From Veleropilina oligotropha (taxonomy: Eukaryota), in the NCBI GenBank assembly GCA_048128005.1, contig JBEUKZ010000117.1, positions 186,001 through 250,000 on the forward strand: a DNA stretch of 64,000 bases, read 5' to 3'. The notes beneath the pieces were generated by a model. It saw only the letters and a list, made by a program, of their open reading frames with translations. It was not told where the DNA came from and did not search any database. Position numbers and translations under genes: made by a program. Positions 1-13,339 of this stretch are shown piece after piece. Each line of letters starts with the position of its first letter. The stretch's first letter is position 1.

Positions 1-1082
1 GAGGAAGATGAAATCCACATGCTGAAAATACTCCCAGAAGATGTTATCGTGAAGGTGAAAATTGAAAATGAAATAGGAGAAAACATTACTACAGATACAG
101 GTGTTCCCCAAGGTGACTGTCTGTCAGCTTTACTTTTCATAATATACCCTAGCAAATGCTCTTAAAACACAAAGAACAGAAGTTGACCAGGAACACAATT
201 GCAGTAAACCAAGACAAGAAATCGCAACAACAACAAATTCGTCAATATAAATAGATCACAACTACAATCTACCACATCAAACAACTGAAAAAGAAAAATA
301 ACTATACCTAAACACTGACCTTCAATATGCTGATGACATGGTCCATATAACAAATGATAAAGCAAAACATGAAAAGCAAAAACAAGATCTACCATTACAA
401 CTGAATTAGGACGATCTGAAAATAAATGAAGCAAAAACAGAAGAATATGACATATCCAAAGATGAACACGACTGGAAAAAATGTAAATTACTTGGCACTT
501 TGATCGACACAAACGAAGACATCAAACGAAGAAACATGCTTGCAATCAATGCCCATAAAAAAAAATAAAAAATATACAAATCCAGCAAACTGTTCTTAAA
601 AACAAAAATGCGATGCATCAATCTTCTTGTATAATAGCGAACTCTGGACACTAACAGCATCCCTACAAAAGAAGATTGATGCAATACAAGGCAAATTCTT
701 AAGGAACATTATAAACAAAAAATGGCCAAATAAAATAACAAATGATGATCTCTACAAAGTAACCCAAGAAACAAAATGGTCCAAGAAAATTCAAATCAGA
801 AGAGTCAAATGGTATGGACATGTGCAACGGTTGAACGATGAAACACCAGCGAAACAAATACTTGACTGTATATCATTAAATGAGAAAAATATAAAAAAGC
901 CACAAGGAGGCCAAAAAACAACTTGGATGAAAAACATAAAGAAAGATCTAAATATTATAAAAAGACACCCAGATGAAAATATGCGTGAAATAGCTAAAGA
1001 TAGGAGAGCTTGGAGAGATAGATGTGATATTCTACGCTGATTTCGAAAAGGAAGGAAAAGCGTGCATGATGATGATGATGAT
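1..1082 (+). mobile_element. 3' part of an RTE-type LINE (frameshifted RT C-terminus and 3' tail)
   Basis: GVPQGDCLS at about 41-66 and QYADD at about 324-338. ORF 627-1040 has RTE-type C-terminal motifs (ELWTLT, KWYGHVQR, DRRAWR). Ends in a (TGA)n tail at about 1067-1082. Confidence 0.8.
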
Positions 1083-1322
1083 ATAGCATATATGCATAAA
1101 AGTGCCCAAGAAATGCATATTTTTGCAATAATATGTCGCGAAAGTCATATACACGACCTACAAATACTCTTGGGAATGTGTGTACCAACTTTGGTGAAAA
1201 TTGAGCTGGAAGTTTTCAAATAAATCGACGGATATATATATATATATAAGTATATATGTATATACACACGGACCATTTGATAATGTCTTGTCCTTTTTTA
1301 CAAAAAGGTCACGACATAAAAA
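1083..1322 (-). mobile_element. Partial Helentron-associated non-autonomous element (HINE/DINE-1-like), same family as 59451-59887
   Basis: Reverse complement of about 59450-59680, including the subterminal repeat AAAGGTCACGACAT and the (TA)n microsatellite. Truncated where the LINE tail ends. Confidence 0.65.
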
Positions 1323-2128
1323 CGAACGAAGCGTAAAGTATTTGGGAAACGATCACTTTATCGCATTAATTCAATTACATTATGTTTTTATGCATTTATA
1401 ATTTATTACTGCATACTAGCAGAATATTACAATTAGATCTATCTCCATTTAACACTGTATTATTATTTAGAAATTAAATCATTCATATATATTACATCAG
1501 ATTTTGACTGAAACACTTAAATTCACACAATTACCATCGACTTTGGTCATGTCTCCTGTGATTGACTGTACTTGGGCTGATTTTGGTGCGTTCGAATTTG
1601 AACTTCGGCTGTTTGTATTTTATCCACATTTTAACCGTATTATTACGTTTTAGTCCCCCAAGAACGCGAACATAATCATAAGCAACGCAATGATTGATTG
1701 ATTGATTGACGGCTAGAGCGCTGGCTCATTTGTTTCACATGGTCACTGATTCAATCCCCGTTATCTACGAAATCAAACGAGTACGTGATTAATCCACAAT
1801 ACCCCATTTTTAGTTTTATTTCGATTGCAAATTACGTCAATAAACGGAATCAGCATCTTAAAGGATTGCTTCCATATTTTGTTTTTGTGTGTGGCTTCAC
1901 TGAGTTGTATGCCTGAGTTGTATCCGTGATCTGTTCGCGACACAATTAATGATTTGTAGATCATTGTTTGTCTTTGTCATCGTATCGCAGTGAAAATGTA
2001 TAAACTTGCTAAGGAAATTAGTATATGTATTAATATATTGCGTGTATATTTCCAGGTAGCTGATAAAGGCAATTCACGCGGCGACTGGAGCTGTTATCTC
2101 CTTTTATCATTCGATGATCCTCAAAAAA

Positions 2129-2223
2129 TGTTCAACTAGTTGAACACAACACGATCGATGGTTCAACTAGTTGAACACAACACGATCGATGGTTCAACTA
2201 GTTGAAAACAACACGATCGATGG
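2129..2223. repeat. Three tandem 31-bp units containing the palindrome GTTCAACTAGTTGAAC
   Basis: GTTCAACTAGTTGAACACAACACGATCGATG repeated 3 times; copy B has one unit at about 38930. Confidence 0.9.
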
Positions 2224-2649
2224 TCAGTTATCGCGCAGAGCTACCCGCAGCGTCCAACCAGCACGTGACCAATAAAACAAGTTTCATTGAATAAGATGTG
2301 GAAATATGCGAATAGTTGGAATCGCATATAACAGTGTGAGAGTTTGCGATGTGCGACCTTTCTCTATCTAATTTTGAGTGTTGTGTCCTGTATAAAAAGA
2401 AGGGAAAACTGGCTCATTTATTTGAAATAATATTTTGAATCAATGTGATCTTAAATATTTATTTGGGAGCCAGGTATGTAGTTTACAGTACCCAAGGAAT
2501 ATTATATGCAATATCGTAACATAAATTCCAGGAGGTGAATATGAGATACTAGTATGATGTGATTCGAAGATAACGGGTACCAATGCTGAATTAAGCGTCA
2601 TGTGACGATACTTTAGGGATTTGAGTTCCATAAACTTCCAAATGGTAAC

Positions 2650-3235
2650 ACATAACGCGGAAAAGCCTCACCGATGTGTCGCATGTGAAGTGTCACATGT
2701 AAGAAGGCATTTGCACAGTCTGGTGATCTAATTACGGAAGCCCATAGATAAAACATATCATTGTGTTGTGTACAATAAGGCGTTTTCACACTCGGGTCAT
2801 CTTATGGAGCACTGGCGAACCCATACTGGAGAGAAACTGAATCGATGTGTTAAATGTAAGAAGGCATTTTCACAATCTGGTGGTCGTAGGAATCGCATGC
2901 GAACCCATACTGGACAGAAGGCGCATCAATGTGTTACATGTAAGACGGCATTTACAGAGGCTGGTAGTCTTCAGATGCACATGCGAACCCATACTGGAGA
3001 GAAACCGTATCAGTGTGTTGTGTGCAATAGGGCGTTTTCACGATCGGGTAATCTTAAGGAGCACTGGCGAACCCATACTGGAGAGAAACCGCATCAGTGT
3101 GTTAAATGTAAGAAGGCATTTGCACATGCTGGTGGTCTTATGAATCACATGCGAACCCATACTGGAGAGAAGGCGCATCAATGTGTCACATGTAAGAAGG
3201 CATTTACACAGGCTGGTAGTCTTCAGATGCACATG
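2650..3235 (+). pseudogene. C2H2 zinc-finger array copy A, 5' part (interrupted by Academ)
   Basis: ORF 2768-3238 has repeated CxxC-x12-HxxxH with HTGEK linkers; degenerate fingers upstream. The ORF stops at the TAG supplied by the Academ terminus. Confidence 0.9.
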
Positions 3236-6200
3236 TAGTCCAGTCAAAATATGAAAAAAAAGCCTAACCCACCACTAATTGCAATAGAAACAAAGTTGTG
3301 TTTTTCTGAAAGCTTATATTCTACTGAATAACATACTAAGATTATAGTAAAATCAAATGAGTGGAACATTGTTTATTTTCATGTCCAATTAGTGTACCTA
3401 CATTGTGTTCAAGACAATTATTGTGATATAAAAATTGACATAACTAAGACAATGTACCTCCTAAATCAGTATACGAGGTATCTAATTTCATGTTTTTTGG
3501 GTCTATCTTTCATTTCAGACATGTTTCAGACATCTAGTATGACTCCTTATATGGTAATATGGGATACCCCTACCCCGTTCCACGCTGCAGCGTTAGTGAA
3601 AATATGAAATAAGCATAACTTCGTAATTTGTCAACCTATAATAACAAACCTGGGGTCTTTACCCATGTTTTCAACCTCTCTCTTTCATTTAAGATCATTT
3701 CCAAAGAGCCTGGGTGGTTATTTATGATAGAAATACGGGTATTATGCCTATGCGGAAGGACGCTTCAAAATAATACCTTGAAACATTAGCTAAATGTCTC
3801 TACCAAAGTTTTCTAATTCATGTTACATATGCATGTTGTTTTGCTTATTTATTATCCCCATCCCCAACTATTGGAGTGTAATGTCTGCAAAATGAAGATG
3901 ATACTTGACTTCTGAGGGCTGCCCGTAAGTATTTTTATTAAGCTTAATTAGTTTCTATAGAAATAATTAGACCTCCCCAAATGACTTTTCAAGATGGTTG
4001 CATCTAGAAGATCTCTTGTAATGTTGTATGCAGATTTCAATTGATCTTCAAATTAAGCATATATTATTAATTTGATAAGGAAATATAAAGAGCAGAAGGT
4101 AAGGAATGTGCTCAGATTTGGTCAGATCTAAACGGTTTATTCACACTGCAATTTTATGTAAGGCCACTATAGAAATCTAGCCATGTGCTCATTGTTTTAA
4201 GAAACACTCGAGGGAGCATTCATTATTTTGTTGTTCTTTGACTCAGGATTATATAGGGCCTAATGTTAACTTAAGCTGTTGATTAGATGCTAGTTTCTAC
4301 TAAATTACGTTAGTGTGAAATATTAGACAACTCTCCTGCGCATCGTCGGCCATTTTGAATGTCTATTATTTTGGATGTCGATTGACTCTGCCATCGTTGG
4401 TCCGACTACTTCTTATCCGACTGGAATATCGTCTCTTTGAAATTTTCCAAACATTAATATGTATTTAATTTATCTAATTTAGTTAAAAGTTAACAAAAAT
4501 AAACTTATGGAAGCAATATAAAATGTTTGTGCAGTTATCAGACATCGTATTTCTTCGTCCGCGAACGAAAATTGGCTGAACATGGCTACGCGGAACTATT
4601 TGCTTTCTAACATCACGTCGTTATTTGCCCATTTTTTTTCTTGAAAACACTGAACCATGTCATTAGATTTGCACTTCATTAAATTACAAATTGAAGCAAA
4701 ATAATACGTATATTACCTATGTGGTGATTCACCACATAGAGACCAGCAGTGGCAGAGAGATAAGACCGGGGTCGTCGTTTTCGTATCTCTTTGCCTGGAG
4801 AGTGATATTAGACATGGTTGTCCATGACTTACATAATATGTAACGAATCTGCTAGTTTCTTAATATTCACTTTTCATTTTCAGCATATTGCCATGGACGA
4901 AAATTGCTTCTTTTGTGGAAAGTCTGTGTCCGAAGGTGACATCAATACACTGACTGACAAAGGCTGTGAAAGAATCGCACAGGCAAGCATAGAACGGGGC
5001 GTAGAGGTTATCGTGAAAAGTGGGCAGAAGATTCATTCCGAATGTCGACGAGTGTTTTGCAACAAAATAGACATTGAATGTTCCTTAAAGCGGAAAAATG
5101 ATTCGGCTTCCGAAGAATCCAGTAGAGACATGTCCCTTCGTTCGAGTGAACCAGCATTCAATTACCGCGAACATTGTCTATTCTGTGGTAAACCGGCCAA
5201 GTATGGAGGGAGGAAGAAAGAATATGATCTTATACCTGTTAAGACATTTGCCTTTCAAGATACTACATCCAGAGCATGCAACGCACGTTCCGATGATTGG
5301 TCCGAAACTATTAAAAGTAGAATAGAGTTTGTTGGAGATCTCCACGCAGCAGATGCCGTTTACCATAAAGTCTGTAGTGGTAATTTTCAAAGTCTGAAAC
5401 AAATTCCACTCTGTTTTCAATCCGATGATTTGGTTTCATCGAAGAGGCAAAAGTTAGGGAGACCAAAGGATTCATCCAGGCACGATGCATTCCTAAAAGT
5501 GGCAAACTATTTGGAAGCTAATGATGAGGAGCAAACCACGGTTGGTGATTTGATAGAAAAGATGAAGTCTTATCTTGGAGATTCTGATTCTGAACCTTAC
5601 GGATTTTCGCACATGAAAGAACGTATTCTCGAACATTTTGGGACTAAGATAATAATAACTGAAATCAATGGCAAACCAAATGTTGTCACGTTTCGGGGTA
5701 AAGCTTCCACAATGCTTCATGACTTTTACAATCAGAAAAAAGAAACCGACACCCAAGCTGAAAAGATGCGACTGATCAAGACGGCAGCGCAGCTTATCAA
5801 AAGAGACATCAAATCGATAGTTCAAGATAAGAGTGTATATCCGTCTAGCCTCGATATATCGGATACCAAAAATGCAACAGAATATCTTCCAGATTCGCTC
5901 ACACTTCTACTGAGGATGTTATTTGTGGGAAAGGATAAGGACTTGAAAGTATGTGCCATAGGGCAGGCTATAATGCAGGCTGCTCGACCCAGGGTTCTTC
6001 TAGCCCCACTACTGCTTGGGCTCGGTGTCCAAATGCACCATCATTTTGCATCCAGATTTTTGATAGATACATTAGATGCCCTTGGATACAGCTGTTCCTA
6101 TTCCGAGGTTCAAAGCTATGAACGGAGTGCGGCCAAAACATGTGGTACAGACATCCCGGGTTATATCCCTGGACAATTCATCCAATATGTAGCCGACAAC

Positions 6201-9200
6201 GTGGACCATAATATTCGTACGTTGGATGGAAAAGACACATTCCATGGGATGGGCATAATAGCCAATGTCACACCCAAGACAGATCGAGCAACGGTGATTC
6301 CACGAATAACTGTGTCAGCAGATGACCTCGCTCAAGTTGGCCGTATTATTATCAAATATTTCACGTCGGCATGTGGTGGTATGCAATCATTTCTCTATGA
6401 CAAGTTACCTGTAGTTACCTCTGGTAATACAGCTACCAATGTCGATCTTTTGTGGAAGATTTCACTAACAGTGCGATGCCCAAGACCGTCTTGGACAGGA
6501 ATGATGCAGATGATAAATCATGGGGATCATCCTGGGAAGGCATCGATTGTCTTCCTTCCAATGATAGATTTAAACCCAAGCGATCTCACGTGTATATACT
6601 CAACTTTGCATTTTGTTGTTGATCATGCACGTCGTTATGATGTCACGCCAGTCCTGACCTTCGACCAGCCACTGTGGTGGAAAGCACTAACAATTATCAA
6701 GAGTGAGCCAGTGAATAGTAAACTCTATTCAATTGTTCTTCGATTGGGTGGCTTTCACACTCTCATGAGTTTTCTCGGTTGTATTGGTCATCTGATGACT
6801 GGTACCGGTCTGAAAGACCTACTAGAGCTTGTCTTCGCAAGCAACACTACAGCCTACATCATGAACGGTAAAGCTGTGGCCCGTGCAATACGTGGACACC
6901 TTCTCATAGATGCTGCTCTCAATGCCATACTTACATCACAAGCCTTTCAGATGGATGTAATACAAGTCATTGAGCCTGCTGAAGCCGATGCGACTCTTCC
7001 CAGGGAACTCGAGGAGGCTGGTATCCTGTATGATAGACTGGTCGATGGTACCTTGACTACAGAAGATATAGAGTCATCCCAGGTCCTGAAAGCCATTGAC
7101 GAAAGAATCCAGACCATAAAAGATTCCATGACGGATCAACGGACTGCTCAGCTGTGGATCCAGTATATGGAGATGGTGGACATTGTACGTTCATTCTTGA
7201 GATCAGAAAGGACGGGTGACTGGTCGCTAAACTTGCAGACCTTACTGAATATGCTACCATATATGGCAGCATCTGGACATAACCTTTACACAAAATCACT
7301 TCATATATATCTGCAGCTGATGGGAGAACTGCCGAACGAACATCCTGAAGTGTACAACAAGTTCGTTCAGGGTCTGCATGTTGTCCGCCGATCCGACAGA
7401 TTCTGGGCTGGTCTCTCAACAGACCTCATAATAGAGCAAGTCATAATGAGAAGTTTGAAAACGGCAGGTGGCCTAACGAGAGGGCGGGGTATGACAGAGG
7501 CACAACGCTTGGTCTGGGTGATGTCCAGCCCTGCTTGTGCAGAGGTGAATAATGCACTTCAACAGCTCACAGGTGTGATGTACACAACCAGTGAGCAACA
7601 TAAGGACCTTACACAGTCACGTCAAAACAAGGACCTCGCTGATACCAAAAAGATGGTGGCGTTCTTAAATGAACGGAACCCATTTGATGCCGGTGAAAAG
7701 TCATTGCACAGCATTTCAAGTGGAATAGTTGCAAAAGCCAATGTCAACATCGATGCCGCCAAGGTGTTGGTGACACGATCCTGAGTAAAATGGCTGATGA
7801 ACACGTGCTCTCATATACCTTCAGAAAAAAAGACCAGGTAGAGACGATGGATACCAAGTTTACAATGAAGACAGCTAATGGCAACATTAACATTGACCCA
7901 CAACTGCTCTTCCAGAGACTTGTGATAGCTGGAACCAATGCAGGGAAAATAGCCGACGCCATGCGCTATGAACTCTGTGCATATCCGCCATCATTATTTG
8001 AATCTCGACATGCTTTGTTAGTCGCAAACAAGCCTGTTTTGGCCTCTGCAATTTGGGACATGTCATCTCAAGATACTAATGGACCCAGTGGTGATGTGCA
8101 ATACGTACTTGATGGTGGTGCCCTGGTTCAACGGATACCATGGCAATTGGGAGAGACGTACAGTGCAATCCTTGATCGTTACGTCGGCTACATCAGGAAG
8201 AGGTATGACGGGTCCATTGTTGTCTTCGATGGCTACAGAGATGGACCGTCAACAAAGGATGGCACGCATAGGAGGAGAGGTGGCGGACATCAAGGAAGAA
8301 AAGTGTCCTTCACATCGTCAATGGCCCTTTGCATAAAGAAGGAGGAGTTCCTCAAGAACAAGGATAACAAGCAGGCATTCATTGACATGCTAGGGGAAAG
8401 GCTGGAACAGTGTGGACATCAAGTGATAAATGCAACGGGTGATGCCGATCTACTGATTGCTAAGACGGCCGTTGAAGCCGCCTGTAAATCAGATACCCTG
8501 CTTGTTGGTGATGACACAGATTTATTGGTACTGATGTGCTTTTATCACAAAACGTCAGCATCGCACAATTTGTACTTTATGCCAGAACCTAAGAAAGGTT
8601 CACTTCTTCCACGAAAGTACTTGAACATTAGTACCGTGATAGAAAAGCTAGGTGAAAGTGTTTGTGAAAATCTTCTTTTCTCTCACGCAATTCTGGGTTG
8701 TGACACGACATCGCGGCTATTTGGAATAGGAAAAGCTGTTGGACTGACTCTTTTGCAGGACAGTGACATCTTCGCTCAACAAGCTGCGGTGTTCGGAAAT
8801 CCAAAGTCAATGCCAGCTGAAATTGTTGCCGCGGGTGAAACGGCTGTGATTTGTCTCTACAAAGGCAAATCTACAGATTCCCTTGATTCCTTCAGATATT
8901 CAAGATTCCAAGAAAAGGTCGCAACGAACAAAGCTTCTGTTCATCCTAAAGTTCTTCCACCGACCTCCTCAGCAGCGAAATATCACAGCTTCCGTGTCTT
9001 CCATCAAGTTCAAGAATGGAAAGGACATAAATTGGATCCACTCGAATGGGGCTGGAAAATGACTGATGATGGAATGACACCAGTTCAATCGGACCTGGAC
9101 GCTGCACCAGAGTTCCTCATTAAACTTGTGAGGTGCTCTTGCAAGGGGGATTGTTCCAACAAGAGGTGTGGTTGCCGAAGTATTGGTTTGGAGTGCACAG

Positions 9201-9948
9201 CTGCATGTAGTGAGTGTAGGGGGGTATGTGCAAACCGGGATGAAACTGAAGATGACCCTATAGATGCTGATCATTGATGACACTGGTAGGTTGATAATAA
9301 GACAGTGCTGGTTTTAACGCTATCATGAAAGAGAAAACATTGGTAGAGACATGTTATGTGTGTTAACAAGTATTACGTTGCTAGGTCTTTCACAAACATT
9401 TATATTTTGTCATTTTTGCTGACAAGGCTATCGGATTTTGGGGTAGGGGTATCCCTATTTCTAGCATAACTAACCACCCAGGCTCTTTGGAAATGATCTT
9501 AAATGAAAGAGATAGGCTGAAAACATGGGTAAAGACCCCAGGTTTGTTATTATATGTTGACAAATGGCGAAGTTATGATTATTTCATATTTTCACTAATG
9601 CTGCAGCGTGGAACGGGGTAGGGGTACCCCATATTACCATATAAGGAGTCATCCTAGATGTCTGACACATGTCTGAAATGAAAGATAGACCCCAAAAACA
9701 TGAAATTAGATACCTCTTATACTAATTTAGGAGGTACATTGACTTAGTTATGTCAATTTTTATATCACAATAATTGTCCTAAACACAACGTAGGTACACT
9801 AATTGGACATGAAAATAAACAATGTTCCACTCATTTGATTTTACTATAATTTTAGTATGTTATTCAGTAGAACATAAGCTTTCAGAAAAAACACAACTTC
9901 ATTTCTATTGCAATTAGTGGTGGGTCAAGTCATAATTTGACTGGACTA
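3236..9948 (+). mobile_element. Academ (XPG-containing, AcademX-type) DNA transposon, near full length
   Basis: Termini TAGTCCAGTCAAA...TTTGACTGGACTA; TIRs of about 490 bp (3236-3730 / 9460-9948); 3-bp TSD ATG (3233-3235 / 9949-9951). Removing it restores the ZnF sequence CAGATGCACATGCGAACCCAT. TAG..CTA ends, 3-bp TSD and transposase+XPG+Cys8 match the Academ superfamily. Confidence 0.92.
4893..9277 (+). CDS. Academ transposase-XPG nuclease-Cys8 protein (about 1460 aa) broken by one frameshift near 7764
   Basis: ORF 4818-7784: putative catalytic motifs YVADNVD, TFDQPL, LGGFH, DLIIEQ. ORF 7790-9277: XPG/FEN-like VLDGG, VVFDGY, DAD, GDDTDL, HAILGCDTTS, LPPT, WGW and a terminal Cys cluster. Adding one base at AAG GT GTT GGT joins them as AAKxVGDTILSKMADEH. 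Confidence 0.85.
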
Positions 9949-11130
9949 ATGCGAACCCATACTGGAGAGAAACCGTATCAGTGTGTTGTTTGCAATAGGG
10001 CGTTTTCAAAATCGGGTAATCTTAGGGTGCACTGGCGAACCCATACTGGAGAGAAACCGCATCAGTGTGTTAAATGTAAGAAGGCATTTGCACATGCTGG
10101 TGGTCTTATGCATCGCATGCGAACCCATACTGGAGAGAAGGCGCATCAATGTGTCACATGTAAGAAGGCATTTACACTGGCTGGTAGTCTTCAGATGCAC
10201 ATGCGAACCCATACTGGAGAGAAACCATATCAGTGTGTTGTGTGCAATAGGGCGTTTTCAAAATCGGGTAATCTTAGGGAGCACATGCGAACCCATACTG
10301 GAGAGAAACCGTATCAGTGTGTTGTGTGCAATAAGAAGTTTTCACTATCGGGTAATCTTAGGCGGCACTGGCGAACCCATACTGGAGATAAACCGCTGTA
10401 AGAAGGCATTTGCAGATTCTGGTGATCTTAGGAAGCATATGCGAATTCATACTGGAGAGAAACCGCATCAGTGTGTTAAATGTAAGAAGGCATTTGCACA
10501 GGCTGGTGGTCTTCAGATGCACATGCGAACCCATGCTGGAGAGAAACCGTATCATTGTGTTGTGTGCAATAAGGCGTTTTCACAATCAGGTCAGCTAAGG
10601 GCGCACGGGCGAACCCATACTGGAGAAAAACCGCATCAGTGTGTTACATGTAAGAAGTGATTTGCACAGGCTGGTGTTCTAAGGATGCACATGCGAATTC
10701 ATACTGGGGGGGGGGGGGGAAACCGTATCAGTGTGTTGTGTGGAATAAGGCGTTTTCACAATATGGTCTTCTTAGGGAGCACTCTCGTACCCATACTGGA
10801 TATTAACCGCATCGGTGTGCTGTGTGCAATCATGCATTTTAAGAGTTTGGTCATCTTGTAAGACGCATGTGACGTCATACTGGAGATAAACCGTATAAAT
10901 GTGCTGTGCGCAATCAGACATTTTCTGAGTCGGGTTCGCTTAGAAGGCACAACGGTGTTCTGTGTGCGATCAGGTATTCGCGCAGTCGGGCCATCTTAAG
11001 AGGCACATGCGAATCCATACTGGAGAGAAGACGTAAAACTGTGATGTGTGCAAGCAGGCATAGTCGCGAAGTCTCAAGAACAATAAGGGACTGCACAACG
11101 GAGATAACCCTCTCAAGTGTGCTTTGTGTA
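9949..11130 (+). pseudogene. C2H2 zinc-finger array copy A, 3' part (frameshifts and stops)
   Basis: ORFs 9937-10401 and the end of 9983-10660 contain TGEKP fingers; frameshift at about 10396, TGA at 10658, poly-G at about 10705. Confidence 0.9.
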
Positions 11131-13339
11131 AAACCGCCTTTTCTCAGTCGAACATACTCAGAACACACATGTTTTCTCGTGATCGTCACTAACTAATTGC
11201 GTGACGCATTATCATTATAGTTGTGTATATGCATATACCTGTAAATTGTAAATGCATATATCTGTAAGTTGCAGCATGTATATTGATACTTCAACTTGAT
11301 ACTCCCTGCGCCTTGGCGTTATAGTATAGTATTCATTTTACAACATTTAGGCCTTAATAGTCATGTAGAACTGCAATATAAGCGTAAATTAGGCTAGTAA
11401 TGCAATTGTATTGTTTCAAATGGTAGATAAACATGTATAGATGAAAAACCTGATGGTGCGATAATGGCACTGTTTATAATTTTTGTTATTGACGTCATCA
11501 AATATGTTTATCTTGCAAATTGAAATGGTCTTAACTCGACGTTAATGTGTGTTGACGTGCTATTACTAATTTAGTAGTACTAGAACAACCAGCGTATTAA
11601 ATCCGTGTATGCTCTTTTCATTGATTGCCCACTTTCTTTGATTCTTTATTTGTCAAGCAACAATTTCACCGATTGTTACACTTTAAATAGGTGGCGATAT
11701 CCATCCGCCTTTCCGTTTGAGATCCCACGTTATGCAACCATGTTTTTCCTTTTGGTTATAAACATGGGCCCATTTCACAAATTTTTCAAATTACTATGAA
11801 TGAACCACAATAGCCGTGTGGTCTCGAGTGCCGACTCTGAAATCACTGGTTGCACTGCTCCGAACAACAGTACTGCGTACGAATCTCGGTTGGGGCAAGA
11901 CTATTTTTTGTCCAGTTGTCCGAACCTGGCCGAATTTTCTGGAGACTGGGCTTTCCTCCCGTGATAATATGAACATGTCCTGGTTTTAACATGAAGGTTG
12001 TAAATATACACGACGTTAAGCATATATATATCAGCTATACATAGCAGCACGTATAATGATACTCATAGTATACTGGGACGTAGGAACCGGGGTGGGAGCG
12101 AGGGGGGGGGGGGCAGAGTATAGATCTAAAAATATGCATCTGAAAAAATCTTGTTGTGTATATAGTCCGTGGCGAACCGGAGCGGTCTCACAACGCCGCG
12201 TGTATGTTACCAAACATTATTTCAGACACGCAGTAGTCTCCCGTAACCGACAACTCGACAGATGTAAGGTAGCGTGCCCCAACTGTCGGTCACGTTAAAC
12301 CACTGCAAGGCTGACTACAACAACAAGGCCAACTGGTTCCACCCATAATTCGTCTCATAGAGTGGCGATAGTAAACACTTACCAATAATCTGTAAAGAGG
12401 AGCCAATGTATCATAGCATACTTAGTTGTTAAACTGCCACCACCAGAGTACATAGACACACTCAGTCCAGATTAAACATGAAAACGGCGCCATGTGGATT
12501 CCTTACGAAAATATATCGCGTATGAATTTGTGTGTTGGGATGGACAATACTCTCAAGTTTCAGATAAACAAAACGTCTTTTCCCGACGTAAACTTTGCTT
12601 CGCTCAACCGTTATATATTCCAATCAACAAGAGATATCCATAAACTAATATATTCGTTTATTAACCCTTGTTTTTTTATTACGCAACAAGGGTTGACAAT
12701 ATCACAATTTTATATAATTTCACTTGATGGTAGGTATAATTTATAGTGATGTAACAATTTGCCATAATAAGCTTTAGTTAATAATTGAATTGAAACTTAC
12801 AGTAGGAATAATTTGGTATAAACAGAACGATAACACAAGGTTCGAGTGCAACACTTTGTGACCGGAAATAGAAGAGCGATTAAACTTTGAAAAAGTATTT
12901 ACATACAAAATACGGGGAGGAAACAGTTAATACCTTGACGGATAAATTTACCAAAATGACTCGGTAATTAAAGTTGAACCATGTGAACTAGCAAACTGCT
13001 ATGTGAATCTGGAATTATATCATAAAACCCGATAACACGCATCAGAGGCCGAAAATATCCGTCGACATAAACAAACACGAACACGAACTTGTCATCGCAA
13101 TGACGATCGTTCTTCTAACGATCTTCGTCATTAAACAACCCTCACCACCAGAGTAGAAGTCGATATATGCGATTAGAGGCGTATTTTAGCCTCAGTTCGG
13201 ATCGATAACTCGCAGAGGTATAGGCCTTTCCCATAACGTAATTACTCCGCTTGCTCGCTACTAGCGCTGCCTTCAACTACCATTTCCGGGAAGTGTTTAC
13301 TAAACCGCCCGCGGCAAGCACATTGTAAACAGAGAGCAG

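Noticed and set aside
2129..2223. CRISPR-like array
   Set aside because: Units are head-to-tail with no unique spacers, there are no cas genes, and the context is eukaryotic.
4893..7784. RAG1/Transib or Chapaev assignment
   Set aside because: Termini are TAG..CTA with a 3-bp TSD and the protein is fused to XPG, which fits Academ rather than CAC-ended elements.
7755..7795. Programmed ribosomal frameshift between the two Academ ORFs
   Set aside because: No slippery heptamer is visible and Academ proteins are described as single ORFs; a 1-nt deletion is simpler.
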